Shown here: positions 11,307 through 22,195 of the stretch, one piece after another | Position numbering within the stretch: position 1 is the stretch's first letter | How the letters are laid out: every line of letters begins with the position of its first letter | Source of the DNA: Escherichia coli | GTDB lineage: Bacteria > Pseudomonadota > Gammaproteobacteria > Enterobacterales > Enterobacteriaceae | Strand: one strand, 5' to 3' | Assembly (NCBI RefSeq): GCF_022846255.1 | Contig: NZ_AP025682.1 | DNA length: 64,000 bases | Made by a program: the position numbers and the translations under genes | Notes under the pieces: generated by a model | Seen by the model: the letters and a program-made list of their open reading frames with translations, nothing else | Databases searched by the model: none | What the model was told of the DNA's origin: nothing

Positions 11307-13958
11307 ATGAACGAACAATATTCCGCATTGCGTAGTAATGTCAGTATGCTCGGCAAAGTGCTGGGAGAAACCATCAAGGATGCGTTAGGAGAACACATTC
11401 TTGAACGCGTAGAAACTATCCGTAAGTTGTCGAAATCTTCACGCGCTGGCAATGATGCTAACCGCCAGGAGTTGCTCACCACCTTACAAAATTTGTCGAA
11501 CGACGAGCTGCTGCCCGTTGCGCGTGCGTTTAGTCAGTTCCTGAACCTGGCCAACACCGCCGAGCAATACCACAGCATTTCGCCGAAAGGCGAAGCTGCC
11601 AGCAACCCGGAAGTGATCGCCCGCACCCTGCGTAAACTGAAAAACCAGCCGGAACTGAGCGAAGATACCATCAAAAAAGCAGTGGAATCGCTGTCGCTGG
11701 AACTGGTCCTCACGGCTCACCCAACCGAAATTACCCGTCGTACACTGATCCACAAAATGGTGGAAGTGAACGCCTGCTTAAAACAGCTCGATAACAAAGA
11801 TATCGCTGACTACGAACACAACCAGCTGATGCGCCGCCTGCGCCAGTTGATCGCCCAGTCATGGCATACCGATGAAATCCGTAAGCTGCGTCCAAGCCCG
11901 GTAGATGAAGCCAAATGGGGCTTTGCCGTAGTAGAAAACAGCCTGTGGCAAGGCGTACCGAATTACCTGCGCGAACTGAACGAACAACTGGAAGAGAACC
12001 TCGGCTACAAACTGCCCGTCGAATTTGTTCCGGTACGTTTTACCTCGTGGATGGGCGGTGACCGCGACGGCAACCCGAACGTCACTGCCGATATCACCCG
12101 CCACGTCCTGCTACTCAGCCGCTGGAAAGCCACCGATTTGTTCCTGAAAGATATTCAGGTTCTGGTTTCTGAACTGTCGATGGTTGAAGCCACCCCTGAA
12201 CTGCTGGCGCTGGTTGGCGAAGAGGGTGCCGCAGAACCGTATCGCTATCTGATGAAAAACCTGCGTTCTCGCCTGATGGCGACACAGGCATGGCTGGAAG
12301 CGCGCCTGAAAGGCGAAGAACTGCCAAAACCAGAAGGCCTGCTGACACAAAACGAAGAACTGTGGGAACCGCTCTACGCTTGCTACCAGTCACTTCAGGC
12401 GTGTGGCATGGGTATTATCGCCAACGGCGATCTGCTCGACACCCTGCGCCGCGTGAAATGTTTCGGCGTACCGCTGGTCCGTATTGATATCCGTCAGGAG
12501 AGCACGCGCCATACCGAAGCGCTGGGCGAGCTGACCCGCTACCTCGGTATCGGCGACTACGAGAGCTGGTCAGAAGCCGACAAACAGGCGTTCCTGATCC
12601 GCGAACTGAACTCCAAACGTCCGCTTCTACCGCGCAACTGGCAACCAAGCGCCGAAACGCGCGAAGTGCTCGATACCTGCCAGGTGATTGCCGAAGCGCC
12701 GCAAGGCTCCATTGCCGCCTACGTGATCTCGATGGCGAAAACGCCGTCCGACGTGCTGGCTGTCCACCTGCTGCTGAAAGAAGCGGGTATCGGGTTTGCA
12801 ATGCCGGTTGCTCCGCTCTTTGAAACCCTCGATGACCTGAACAACGCCAACGATGTCATGACCCAGCTGCTCAATATCGACTGGTATCGTGGCCTGATTC
12901 AGGGCAAACAGATGGTGATGATTGGCTATTCCGACTCAGCAAAAGATGCGGGCGTGATGGCGGCTTCCTGGGCGCAATATCAGGCACAGGATGCATTAAT
13001 CAAAACCTGCGAAAAAGCGGGTATTGAGCTGACGTTGTTCCACGGTCGCGGCGGTTCCATTGGTCGCGGCGGCGCACCTGCCCATGCGGCGCTGCTGTCA
13101 CAACCGCCAGGAAGCCTGAAAGGTGGCCTGCGCGTGACCGAACAGGGCGAGATGATCCGCTTTAAATATGGTCTGCCAGAAATCACCGTCAGCAGCCTGT
13201 CGCTGTACACTGGGGCGATTCTGGAAGCCAACCTGCTGCCACCGCCTGAGCCGAAAGAGAGCTGGCGTCGTATTATGGATGAACTGTCTGTTATCTCTTG
13301 CGATGTCTACCGCGGCTACGTACGTGAAAACAAAGATTTTGTGCCTTACTTCCGCTCCGCTACGCCGGAACAAGAATTGGGTAAACTGCCGTTGGGTTCA
13401 CGTCCGGCGAAACGTCGCCCAACCGGCGGCGTCGAGTCACTGCGCGCTATTCCGTGGATTTTCGCCTGGACGCAAAACCGCCTGATGCTCCCCGCCTGGC
13501 TGGGTGCAGGTACGGCGCTGCAAAAAGTGGTCGAAGATGGCAAACAGAGCGAGCTGGAAGCCATGTGCCGCGATTGGCCATTCTTCTCGACGCGTCTCGG
13601 CATGCTGGAGATGGTCTTCGCCAAAGCAGACCTGTGGCTGGCGGAATACTATGACCAACGCCTGGTAGACAAAGCACTGTGGCCGTTAGGTAAAGAGTTA
13701 CGCAATCTGCAAGAAGAAGACATCAAAGTGGTGCTGGCGATTGCCAACGATTCTCACCTGATGGCCGATCTGCCGTGGATTGCAGAGTCTATTCAGCTAC
13801 GGAATATTTACACCGACCCGCTGAACGTATTGCAGGCCGAGTTGCTGCACCGCTCCCGCCAGGCAGAAAAAGAAGGCCAGGAACCGGATCCTCGCGTCGA
13901 GCAGGCGTTAATGGTCACTATTGCCGGGATTGCGGCAGGTATGCGTAATACCGGCTAA
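11307..13958 (+). CDS. ppc: Phosphoenolpyruvate carboxylase (883 aa)
   Basis: [30 protein letters not shown]... ; catalytic motifs [22 protein letters not shown]; ends ...GMRNTG. Confidence 0.97.
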   Translation: MNEQYSALRSNVSMLGKVLGETIKDALGEHILERVETIRKLSKSSRAGNDANRQELLTTLQNLSNDELLPVARAFSQFLNLANTAEQYHSISPKGEAASNPEVIARTLRKLKNQPELSEDTIKKAVESLSLELVLTAHPTEITRRTLIHKMVEVNACLKQLDNKDIADYEHNQLMRRLRQLIAQSWHTDEIRKLRPSPVDEAKWGFAVVENSLWQGVPNYLRELNEQLEENLGYKLPVEFVPVRFTSWMGGDRDGNPNVTADITRHVLLLSRWKATDLFLKDIQVLVSELSMVEATPELLALVGEEGAAEPYRYLMKNLRSRLMATQAWLEARLKGEELPKPEGLLTQNEELWEPLYACYQSLQACGMGIIANGDLLDTLRRVKCFGVPLVRIDIRQESTRHTEALGELTRYLGIGDYESWSEADKQAFLIRELNSKRPLLPRNWQPSAETREVLDTCQVIAEAPQGSIAAYVISMAKTPSDVLAVHLLLKEAGIGFAMPVAPLFETLDDLNNANDVMTQLLNIDWYRGLIQGKQMVMIGYSDSAKDAGVMAASWAQYQAQDALIKTCEKAGIELTLFHGRGGSIGRGGAPAHAALLSQPPGSLKGGLRVTEQGEMIRFKYGLPEITVSSLSLYTGAILEANLLPPPEPKESWRRIMDELSVISCDVYRGYVRENKDFVPYFRSATPEQELGKLPLGSRPAKRRPTGGVESLRAIPWIFAWTQNRLMLPAWLGAGTALQKVVEDGKQSELEAMCRDWPFFSTRLGMLEMVFAKADLWLAEYYDQRLVDKALWPLGKELRNLQEEDIKVVLAIANDSHLMADLPWIAESIQLRNIYTDPLNVLQAELLHRSRQAEKEGQEPDPRVEQALMVTIAGIAAGMRNTG

Positions 13959-13973
13959 TCTTCCTCTCCTGCA

Positions 13974-14001
13974 AACCCTCGTGCTTTTGCGCGAGGGTTT
14001 T
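13974..14001 (+). terminator. Intrinsic terminator after ppc
   Basis: Hairpin AAACCCTCGTGC-TTTT-GCGCGAGGGTTTT immediately after ppc stop. Confidence 0.6.
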
Positions 14002-14140
14002 CTGAAATACTTCTGTTCTAACACCCTCGTTTTCAATATATTTCTGTCTGCATTTTATTCAAAATCTGGATATCCCTTCAGATATCCTTAAGGAATTGTC
14101 GTTACATTCGGCGATATTTTTTTCAAGACAGGTTCTTACT

Positions 14141-15874
14141 ATGCATTCCACAGAAGTCCAGGCTAAACCCCTTTTTAGCTGGAAAGCCCTGGGTTGGGCA
14201 CTGCTCTACTTTTGGTTTTTCTCTACTCTGCTACAGGCCATTATTTACATCAGTGGTTATAGTGGCACTAACGGCATTCGCGACTCGCTGTTATTCAGTT
14301 CGCTGTGGTTGATCCCGGTATTCCTCTTTCCGAAGCGGATTAAAATTATTGCCGCAGTGATCGGCGTGGTGCTATGGGCGGCCTCTCTGGCGGCGCTGTG
14401 CTATTACGTCATCTACGGTCAGGAGTTCTCGCAGAGCGTTCTGTTTGTGATGTTCGAAACCAACACCAACGAAGCCAGCGAGTATTTAAGCCAGTATTTC
14501 AGCCTGAAAATTGTGCTTATCGCGCTGGCCTATACGGCGGTGGCAGTTCTGCTGTGGACACGCCTGCGCCCGGTCTATATTCCAAAGCCGTGGCGTTATG
14601 TTGTCTCTTTTGCCCTGCTTTATGGCTTGATTCTGCATCCGATCGCCATGAATACGTTTATCAAGAACAAGCCGTTTGAGAAAACGTTGGATAACCTGGC
14701 ATCGCGTATGGAGCCTGCCGCACCGTGGCAATTCCTGACCGGCTATTATCAGTATCGTCAGCAACTAAACTCGCTAACAAAGCTACTGAATGAAAATAAT
14801 GCCTTGCCGCCGCTGGCTAATTTCAAAGATGAATCGGGTAACGAACCGCGCACCTTAGTGCTGGTAATTGGCGAATCGACCCAGCGTGGACGCATGAGTC
14901 TGTACGGTTATCCGCGTGAAACCACGCCGGAGCTGGATGCGCTGCATAAAACCGATCCGAATCTGACCGTGTTTAATAACGTGGTTACGTCTCGTCCGTA
15001 CACCATTGAAATCCTGCAACAGGCGCTGACCTTTGCCAATGAAAAGAACCCGGATCTGTATCTGACGCAGCCGTCGCTGATGAACATGATGAAACAGGCG
15101 GGTTATAAAACCTTCTGGATCACCAACCAGCAGACGATGACCGCCCGCAATACCATGCTGACGGTATTTTCGCGCCAGACCGACAAGCAGTACTACATGA
15201 ACCAGCAACGTACGCAGAGTGCGCGTGAATACGACACCAACGTGCTGAAGCCGTTCCAGGAAGTGCTGAAGGACCCTGCGCCGAAGAAACTGATCATCGT
15301 TCATCTGCTGGGTACGCATATCAAGTACAAGTACCGTTATCCGGAAGATCAGGGCAAATTTGACGGTAATACAGAGCATGTTCCACCGGGATTAAACGCA
15401 GAAGAGCTGGAGTCATATAATGATTATGACAATGCTAACCTGTACAACGATCACGTGGTTGCCAGCCTGATTAAAGACTTTAAAGCGACCGATCCGAACG
15501 GTTTCCTGGTTTATTTCTCTGACCACGGTGAAGAGGTTTACGACACGCCGCCGCACAAAACTCAGGGGCGTAATGAAGACAACCCGACGCGTCATATGTA
15601 CACCATTCCGTTCCTGCTGTGGACGTCAGAAAAATGGCAAGCGACTCATCCGCGTGATTTCTCACAGGATGTTGATCGTAAATACAGCCTGGCGGAACTG
15701 ATCCACACCTGGTCAGATTTGGCGGGCTTATCTTACGACGGTTACGATCCAACCCGTTCAGTGGTGAATCCGCAGTTCAAAGAAACTACCCGCTGGATTG
15801 GTAACCCGTATAAGAAAAACGCACTGATCGATTACGACACTCTGCCGTATGGCGATCAGGTGGGTAATCAGTAA
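14141..15874 (+). CDS. eptC: Phosphoethanolamine transferase EptC (YijP), 577 aa
   Basis: ORF 14096..15874 trimmed to MHSTEVQAKPLFSWKALGWALLYFWFF...; N-terminal TM segments + sulfatase-like domain. Confidence 0.9.
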   Translation: MHSTEVQAKPLFSWKALGWALLYFWFFSTLLQAIIYISGYSGTNGIRDSLLFSSLWLIPVFLFPKRIKIIAAVIGVVLWAASLAALCYYVIYGQEFSQSVLFVMFETNTNEASEYLSQYFSLKIVLIALAYTAVAVLLWTRLRPVYIPKPWRYVVSFALLYGLILHPIAMNTFIKNKPFEKTLDNLASRMEPAAPWQFLTGYYQYRQQLNSLTKLLNENNALPPLANFKDESGNEPRTLVLVIGESTQRGRMSLYGYPRETTPELDALHKTDPNLTVFNNVVTSRPYTIEILQQALTFANEKNPDLYLTQPSLMNMMKQAGYKTFWITNQQTMTARNTMLTVFSRQTDKQYYMNQQRTQSAREYDTNVLKPFQEVLKDPAPKKLIIVHLLGTHIKYKYRYPEDQGKFDGNTEHVPPGLNAEELESYNDYDNANLYNDHVVASLIKDFKATDPNGFLVYFSDHGEEVYDTPPHKTQGRNEDNPTRHMYTIPFLLWTSEKWQATHPRDFSQDVDRKYSLAELIHTWSDLAGLSYDGYDPTRSVVNPQFKETTRWIGNPYKKNALIDYDTLPYGDQVGNQ

Positions 15875-15892
15875 TTATCAGCCAGATGTTAT

Positions 15893-15985
<93 letters not shown>

Positions 15986-16099
15986 CGACTGAAACTGCCG
16001 CAATGTTTACATCTCACTCCCATCAGGCCACACTTTTCAGGTGGCCTTTTTTCATAATGCCAGTTACTGTTTTCCCGTCTACATACCTAAGGGAATAAC

Positions 16100-16951
16100 A
16101 TGTATCACGACGTCAGCTATCTGCTCTCCCGCCTGATCAACGGCCCGCTGTCCCTGCGCCAGATTTACTTTGCCAGCAGCAACGGCCCGGTGCCCGATCT
16201 TGCGTATCAGGTCGATTTTCCACGGCTGGAAATTGTGCTGGAAGGTGAGTTTATTGATACCGGCGCTGGAGCAGCGTTAGTTCCCGGCGATGTGCTGTAC
16301 GTCCCTGCTGGTGGCTGGAATTTTCCACAATGGCAAGCCCCCGCCACCACCTTTAGCGTGCTGTTTGGCAAACAGCAACTCGGCTTCAGCGTTGTGCAAT
16401 GGGATGGCAAACAATATCAAAATCTGGCGAAGCAACACGTCGCCCGACGCGGCCCGCGCATTGGTTCTTTTCTGCTACAAACGCTCAATGAAATGCAAAT
16501 GCAGTCGCAGGAGCAGCAAACGGCCAGACTTATCGTCGCCAGCCTGCTTAGCCACTGCCGCGATTTGCTCGGCAGCCAAATACAGACCGCCTCACGCAGC
16601 CAGGCTCTATTCGAAGCTATTCGTGATTATATCGACGAACGCTATGCCTCCGCACTTACCCGCGAATCTGTCGCACAGGCGTTCTATATTTCGCCAAATT
16701 ACCTCTCGCACCTGTTTCAAAAAACGGGGGCCATTGGTTTTAACGAATACCTGAATCACACGCGACTGGAGCACGCTAAGACATTATTGAAAGGCTATGA
16801 CCTGAAGGTAAAAGAAGTGGCGCACGCCTGCGGCTTTGTCGACAGCAACTACTTCTGCCGTCTGTTTCGTAAAAATACCGAACGCTCGCCGTCGGAATAT
16901 CGTCGGCAGTACCACAGCCAACTGACAGAAAAACCGACTACTCCAGAATAA
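16100..16951 (+). CDS. yijO: AraC-family transcriptional regulator YijO (283 aa)
   Basis: MYHDVSYLLSRLINGPLSLRQIYFASSNGP...; C-terminal AraC HTH. Confidence 0.88.
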   Translation: MYHDVSYLLSRLINGPLSLRQIYFASSNGPVPDLAYQVDFPRLEIVLEGEFIDTGAGAALVPGDVLYVPAGGWNFPQWQAPATTFSVLFGKQQLGFSVVQWDGKQYQNLAKQHVARRGPRIGSFLLQTLNEMQMQSQEQQTARLIVASLLSHCRDLLGSQIQTASRSQALFEAIRDYIDERYASALTRESVAQAFYISPNYLSHLFQKTGAIGFNEYLNHTRLEHAKTLLKGYDLKVKEVAHACGFVDSNYFCRLFRKNTERSPSEYRRQYHSQLTEKPTTPE

Positions 16952-17279
16952 GATGGGTTTGCTGCGGCGCAGAAAGCACTTTGCGCACTGCGCTCATCAC
17001 CCTCTGCGGCTCACGCAGGAAAGCGTAGATACTGCATTGCACGTAGCGACAATGTTCAAAACGCTCGGCACCGGCAAGCTCGATATCCGTAATTAACAGC
17101 GCAACATCCGCCCGGCGGATATCCTCGTCCGCTAAACGATTCTCCGTTCCCAACGCGCCCTGAGTTTCAATGCTAACGCCCCACTTCTCTAACTGGCACA
17201 ACTTTTCCAGCCGTTCCGCCGCCATATAAGTATGCGCCACGCCGCTTACGCAGGCGGTTACTGCCACCAGATATGCCAT
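16938..17279 (-). CDS. frwD: PTS fructose-like EIIB component FrwD (113 aa)
   Basis: ORF 16938..17342 trimmed to MAYLVAVTACVSGVAHTYMAAERLEK...; PTS IIB Cys motif. Confidence 0.9.
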   Translation of the reverse strand: MAYLVAVTACVSGVAHTYMAAERLEKLCQLEKWGVSIETQGALGTENRLADEDIRRADVALLITDIELAGAERFEHCRYVQCSIYAFLREPQRVMSAVRKVLSAPQQTHLILE

Positions 17280-17280
17280 T

Positions 17281-18159
17281 TTAACCTCCCACGGTAACCT
17301 GAAATCCGGCCCGTTCTGCCATTTCACGCATCGTTGCCACATCGGCTGACGACGGCGCAGAAACCTCTTTCATCGACCATGTTTTCCCCAGCAGGCGGTA
17401 TTTCGGCTCGCCGTACTGATGAAACGGTAACAGATGGATCTGCTTGATATTCAGCGGGATCAGCACGTCAAGCGCCTGCTGCATATTCTCCCGGCTGAGC
17501 GTGAAACCAGGGATCAGCGGTAAACGCGGGATCACGTTGACACCCTCACTCACCAGCAAACGCAGATTCTCCAGCACGCGTTGCAGGTTCATCTTCACCA
17601 CATCCCGCGCCTGAGCCGCATCCATAATTTTTAAATCGAACAACACTTCATCGCACAATTTCGCCAGCGGTAACAGCTTGCTGGCTGGCGCGTCTCCGGC
17701 AGTTTCGATGGCGCATGACACACCCCATAGCCGCAGTCGCTGTAAAAAACGGGTCGCAAACTCCGCCTGCATTAACACTTCGCCGCCAGAAAGCGTGACG
17801 CCACCGCCGGACGTGCGAAAGAAAATGTCATCTTTCATCACTTCCCGTTCCAGAGCGTCAAGGCTGATATCGCGACCAATCCGTTCAAATGCCCCGGAGG
17901 GGCATTCATCCGCATCACGCAAACATTTCGCGCAGTGCAGACATTTCGCCTCTCTGCGCACCGTCTGGATTTTGCCGGAGATCGACTCCGGATTAGCACA
18001 CCATGGGCAAAGATGCGGACAGCCTTTAAAAAAGACCACCGTACGAATGCCCTCGCCGTCATTCAGTGAATAACGCTGAATGTTGAAAATGCGCGCCACA
18101 TCATTGCGGCGCGTTTCCACAACGTTACAGCTGATGCGCTGTCCGGCGGATGATGTCAT
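17281..18159 (-). CDS. pflC: Glycyl-radical enzyme activating protein PflC (radical SAM), 292 aa
   Basis: ORF 17281..18228 trimmed to MTSSAGQRISCNVVETRRNDVARIFNIQRYSLNDGEGIRTVVFFKGCPHLCPWCANPE (CxxxCxxC radical-SAM motif). Confidence 0.9.
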   Translation of the reverse strand: MTSSAGQRISCNVVETRRNDVARIFNIQRYSLNDGEGIRTVVFFKGCPHLCPWCANPESISGKIQTVRREAKCLHCAKCLRDADECPSGAFERIGRDISLDALEREVMKDDIFFRTSGGGVTLSGGEVLMQAEFATRFLQRLRLWGVSCAIETAGDAPASKLLPLAKLCDEVLFDLKIMDAAQARDVVKMNLQRVLENLRLLVSEGVNVIPRLPLIPGFTLSRENMQQALDVLIPLNIKQIHLLPFHQYGEPKYRLLGKTWSMKEVSAPSSADVATMREMAERAGFQVTVGG

Positions 18160-20422
18160 CCTGGATCTCCTTCGACAGTTCGACAAAGAAGGCGCTGTAT
18201 CCGGCAACGCGCACCACCAGCCCGGCATAATCTTGTGGGCGCTGTTGCGCTTCCCGTAACGTGTCGGCGTTCACCACGTTAAACTGAATATGCTGCAACT
18301 TAAGCTGGGTAAACGCCCGTAAGAAGTCGGCTAGTTTGCGTAATCCCGCTTCACCTTCCAGGGTCGCCGGAGTGAATTTCACGTTCAGCAACGTACCGTT
18401 AGACAGCAGCGTATTATCGAGCTTACTGACTGATTTCAGCACCGCCGTTGGCCCTTGTGCATCCTGACCCAGCATGGGTGACAAGCCACCGTCTGCCAGT
18501 TGTTCCCCGGCAAAACGACCGTCTGGCGTCGCGCCAACCACCGATCCCAACGGGACGTGAGCAGAAACGGTATACGATCCTGGCGTGAAGTAGCCGCCGC
18601 GCGGGTTCTGGTATTTTTCCACTTCTTTGCAGTAGTGGCGTAACAGTTCGGCGCTGATGTTATCCACCTCGTCGATATCGTTACCGTATTTCTCGAAGCG
18701 GTTAATTAAGCGAGCGCGGACTTTTTCGCCTTCTGGCGTGGCGAAGTTGGCTTTTAATACCGACAGCAATTCGTCAAAACTTAAACGCTGTTGATCAAAA
18801 ATCATCCCTTTCAACGCATGGAGAGAATCGCTCAGGTTGGCGATACCGATCCCCTGTACGCCGGAGAAGTTATAACGCGCGCCGCCGTCAGTAATATCGC
18901 GGCCTTTTTCCAGACAATCGCTGATAAAAGACGAGAGTAGCGGTACAGGTGCCCAGTCGCGATGGCCGATATCACAAATATTGCTGCCCTCAACCATCAG
19001 GGTGATGTAGTGGCTGATCTTGGCGCGGATCTGTTCCAGTAAACCTTCATAAGTCAGCGCAGCGTTGCCTTCATTTTCATGCAGGCAGATTTCCATCACT
19101 TTCAGCAGGTTAAACATCGCGATGTCATGCAAGCCGTAGGTTCTGCCGGGAATAGATAATTCCACACAGCCCACTACGGAATAGTCGCGCGCATCTTCCA
19201 GCGAAACGCCACGGTTGAGGAACGCTGGCACCACCACTTCATCGTTAAAGATTTGCGGAATACCGGTGCCGAGGCGAATGGTTTCTGCGGTTTTCATCAG
19301 GAACGGCGTGTCGATCAAGGCGTTAGTGCGCACGCCGAGGTTCGGTTGCGGTAATTGCACGCTTTGATAAGCGTCAAGGCAAAGGAACGAAAGCACGTTC
19401 ACCGCGCTACGTCCGTTCTCGGTTAACCCGCCGAGCAGTGCGGTATAGCCGGTAGGGAAACCTGCGAAATAACGCGCGCTACTGGTGGAGCGCAACAGCA
19501 CGATGTCGTTGCATTTCACCCATAAAGATTCGAGCAGTTCTTTCAGGAATGCCGGATCTTCGCCCTGGGTTAATGATGCCTGATAGAACGGCAACATATA
19601 CTGGTCGAAGCGCCCCAACGATAGCGAACTGGCGTTGGATTCGTATTGCAGAATGATGTTCATGTACCAGAATAACTGGCACGCCTGCCAGAACGTCTGC
19701 GGCTTATGTTCGGCGTTATGGCGGGAGATCTCCGCAATGGTCAGCAGTTCTTCGCGACGCGGGCCATCAGTGCAGCTTGCCGCCATCGTTTCCGCCAGTT
19801 CGGCGTAACGCAAAATATGTTTCTGCGAGGCTTCCAGCAGTAACAGCGCTGCCTGATAAAAGTGATTCTCCGGCTGTTGCTGACAATGTTGCTGCATCTG
19901 TGCCACCAGCTCCCCCAGCCCGTGATTCAGCAGGCGCGGGTAATCAATAATAATGTGCCCCTGGCCTTTATCCGTCTGGTTGATGCTGAAAATCTGCGTG
20001 CTGGTCGCGGCTTTTACTTCATCCGTCATCTGCCCGTTGATGAAATCTTTCATCGAACGTTTTTCCCAGTACGGGAACAACTCTTCGCGGTAGATACGTT
20101 TATCTTCTTCGCTGATAGCAAAGCGGTCCTGCGGACGCGTCGGGAATTGATCCAGCTCTTTCAGCAGCCAGTAAGGGTCCATTTCCGGCGACATAATCCC
20201 GGCGCGTGGTTTTACGGTGCGGTTACCGGCAATCAGTTCTTCATCACGAATCGAAATTTCAACGTGTTCAAGGATATACGCTGTTGCTTTCGCCCGACGC
20301 ATTATCACCGGCTCCCCTTCGGTTTGCCGATGGCTGGCGGTATAAAGCAACGCCCGCTCCAGCGAGATTTCACGGGTATTGGCAAACAGTGCAGTTTTGA
20401 GGCGAGAGATACGATTCGTCAT
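18125..20422 (-). CDS. pflD: Glycyl-radical enzyme (pyruvate formate-lyase-like) PflD, 765 aa
   Basis: MTNRISRLKTALFANTREISLERALLY...; C-terminal glycyl radical motif RVAGYSAFF. Confidence 0.95.
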   Translation of the reverse strand: MTNRISRLKTALFANTREISLERALLYTASHRQTEGEPVIMRRAKATAYILEHVEISIRDEELIAGNRTVKPRAGIMSPEMDPYWLLKELDQFPTRPQDRFAISEEDKRIYREELFPYWEKRSMKDFINGQMTDEVKAATSTQIFSINQTDKGQGHIIIDYPRLLNHGLGELVAQMQQHCQQQPENHFYQAALLLLEASQKHILRYAELAETMAASCTDGPRREELLTIAEISRHNAEHKPQTFWQACQLFWYMNIILQYESNASSLSLGRFDQYMLPFYQASLTQGEDPAFLKELLESLWVKCNDIVLLRSTSSARYFAGFPTGYTALLGGLTENGRSAVNVLSFLCLDAYQSVQLPQPNLGVRTNALIDTPFLMKTAETIRLGTGIPQIFNDEVVVPAFLNRGVSLEDARDYSVVGCVELSIPGRTYGLHDIAMFNLLKVMEICLHENEGNAALTYEGLLEQIRAKISHYITLMVEGSNICDIGHRDWAPVPLLSSFISDCLEKGRDITDGGARYNFSGVQGIGIANLSDSLHALKGMIFDQQRLSFDELLSVLKANFATPEGEKVRARLINRFEKYGNDIDEVDNISAELLRHYCKEVEKYQNPRGGYFTPGSYTVSAHVPLGSVVGATPDGRFAGEQLADGGLSPMLGQDAQGPTAVLKSVSKLDNTLLSNGTLLNVKFTPATLEGEAGLRKLADFLRAFTQLKLQHIQFNVVNADTLREAQQRPQDYAGLVVRVAGYSAFFVELSKEIQDDIIRRTAHQL

Positions 20423-20472
20423 GAGGAACTCCTGTGGGAAAGCGAACCCGCCCTTGCGGGCGGGGTAAGAAC

Positions 20473-20793
20473 TTAAGCGGTTTGTGCCAGGTGAGCTTCA
20501 ATTTTGCTCATAATGGCGTCAGCACGTTTTACCGCGTCGCTGATGTTGACACGCACGATAGTCTTGCCAGCAAAACGCTCTTCAAATTTGATGCCGATAT
20601 CTTTGGTCAAAATCACCATATCGGCGCTTGCCACGTCTTCCGCAGTCAGTTCATTTTCCAGACCAATCGACCCCTGGGTTTCTACTTTCACTTCCCAGCC
20701 TTTCGCTTTCGCGGCGCTTTCCAGCGCCTCTGCCGCCATATAAGTATGGGCAACACCTGAAGGACATGCGGTTACTGCGATAATTTTCGTCAT
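20473..20793 (-). CDS. frwB: PTS fructose-like EIIB component FrwB (106 aa)
   Basis: MTKIIAVTACPSGVAHTYMAAEALESAAKAKGWEVKVETQG... Confidence 0.92.
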   Translation of the reverse strand: MTKIIAVTACPSGVAHTYMAAEALESAAKAKGWEVKVETQGSIGLENELTAEDVASADMVILTKDIGIKFEERFAGKTIVRVNISDAVKRADAIMSKIEAHLAQTA

Positions 20794-20807
20794 GGCTCGT
20801 TCCTCAA

Positions 20808-21887
20808 TTAATTAATTTCAAAATCCAGATCCAGGTCGTCTTCCTTCTCTTCAGTTGAAGACCCATTTTTACGCGCCAGACTTTTCAGCACGTTCACGCA
20901 GACTGCCGTCACAACCGCCCCGACAGCCACTGCCGCGATGTAACCCAACTTACCTTCAACCACCGGCAGCACAATCAGACCACCCCAGCCTGCATAGCAC
21001 TGCGCACCGACCAGCGCCGCAGTTACCGCACCACAAACTGAACCGACCATGATGGAAGGAATGACACGCAGCGGATCGGCAGCGGCGAAAGGAATCGCCC
21101 CTTCAGTAACGCCAACACAGCCCATCACCAGTGCCGCCTTGCCGGTTTCGCGCTCTTCTGCGGAGAAATTTTTACGACCAATCAGCGTCGCCAACCCCAT
21201 CCCCAGCGGCGGGATACAAATACCCACGGCAGCAATGGCCACCACGGTATATACACCCTGAGCAACGCAAATCAGCATGAAGGCATAGGCCACTTTGTTA
21301 ACCGGACCGCCCATATCGAACGCCAGCATCAGCCCCATGATCACCGCCAGCATAACAATGCTGCCCTGCTGCATCCCCTGTAGCCACTGAGTCAGGCTGT
21401 TGGTCAACGCCCCTACAGGCTCGCCCAGCCCCCACATCATGACGCCAGCGGTAATCAGTGTGCCGACGATAGGAATGATGAAGATTGGCATCACCGAGCG
21501 CAGAACTTTATGCACCGGAATTTTCTTCAGGTAATGCACCACGATGCCGCCGATAATCCCGGCGATCAGTGCACCAAAGAAGCCCGCACCAAAGCTGTTA
21601 CCAACCCAGGCACCGATAGCGCATGGAGCCAGCGCAGAACGTTCTGCAATGGAATAACCGATGTAAGCGGCGAGGAAAGGCACCATCAGCGTCAAACCTG
21701 CAACGCCGATATCAAACAGTTTTTTCAGATTCGGATCGGCTACGGCATCCGGCACTGCGCCTTTGCCATACAACATGACGGAAACCGCCAGCAAAATACC
21801 GCCCGATACCACGAAGGGAATCATGTGTGAAACGCCCGTCATTAAATGCTGACGGGTATTTTTCAGGATCTGCACCAACTCATTCAT
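20808..21887 (-). CDS. frwC: PTS fructose-like EIIC permease FrwC (359 aa)
   Basis: ORF 20808..22007 trimmed to MNELVQILKNTRQHLMTGVSHMIPFVV...; polytopic membrane protein. Confidence 0.9.
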   Translation of the reverse strand: MNELVQILKNTRQHLMTGVSHMIPFVVSGGILLAVSVMLYGKGAVPDAVADPNLKKLFDIGVAGLTLMVPFLAAYIGYSIAERSALAPCAIGAWVGNSFGAGFFGALIAGIIGGIVVHYLKKIPVHKVLRSVMPIFIIPIVGTLITAGVMMWGLGEPVGALTNSLTQWLQGMQQGSIVMLAVIMGLMLAFDMGGPVNKVAYAFMLICVAQGVYTVVAIAAVGICIPPLGMGLATLIGRKNFSAEERETGKAALVMGCVGVTEGAIPFAAADPLRVIPSIMVGSVCGAVTAALVGAQCYAGWGGLIVLPVVEGKLGYIAAVAVGAVVTAVCVNVLKSLARKNGSSTEEKEDDLDLDFEIN

Positions 21888-22195
21888 AAGCTGCTCCCGG
21901 GCTTGCGAAAGCCCATGTCCATATTTTTGATGGAAGAAACAATAGGCAATCGCAGGCGGAGCAAACAGTGGATAAAAAGGCCATTTACTGGACTTTTGTA
22001 ATATCAATACAAAAATGCGATCCGCCTCATAACTTGCGATAATCCGGAAGTACGCCGCAAAACGGCGTCTTGTGAGACGCGTCGCAAATTGACGGTTACA
22101 TTACATTTGTCCAGCTTTTGGCAGATTTGTCACATGGCAGGCCGTTGCCGTGCGCTCTTATCCTGTAAACAGAAAACCGTACCGGGAGAAAGGCA

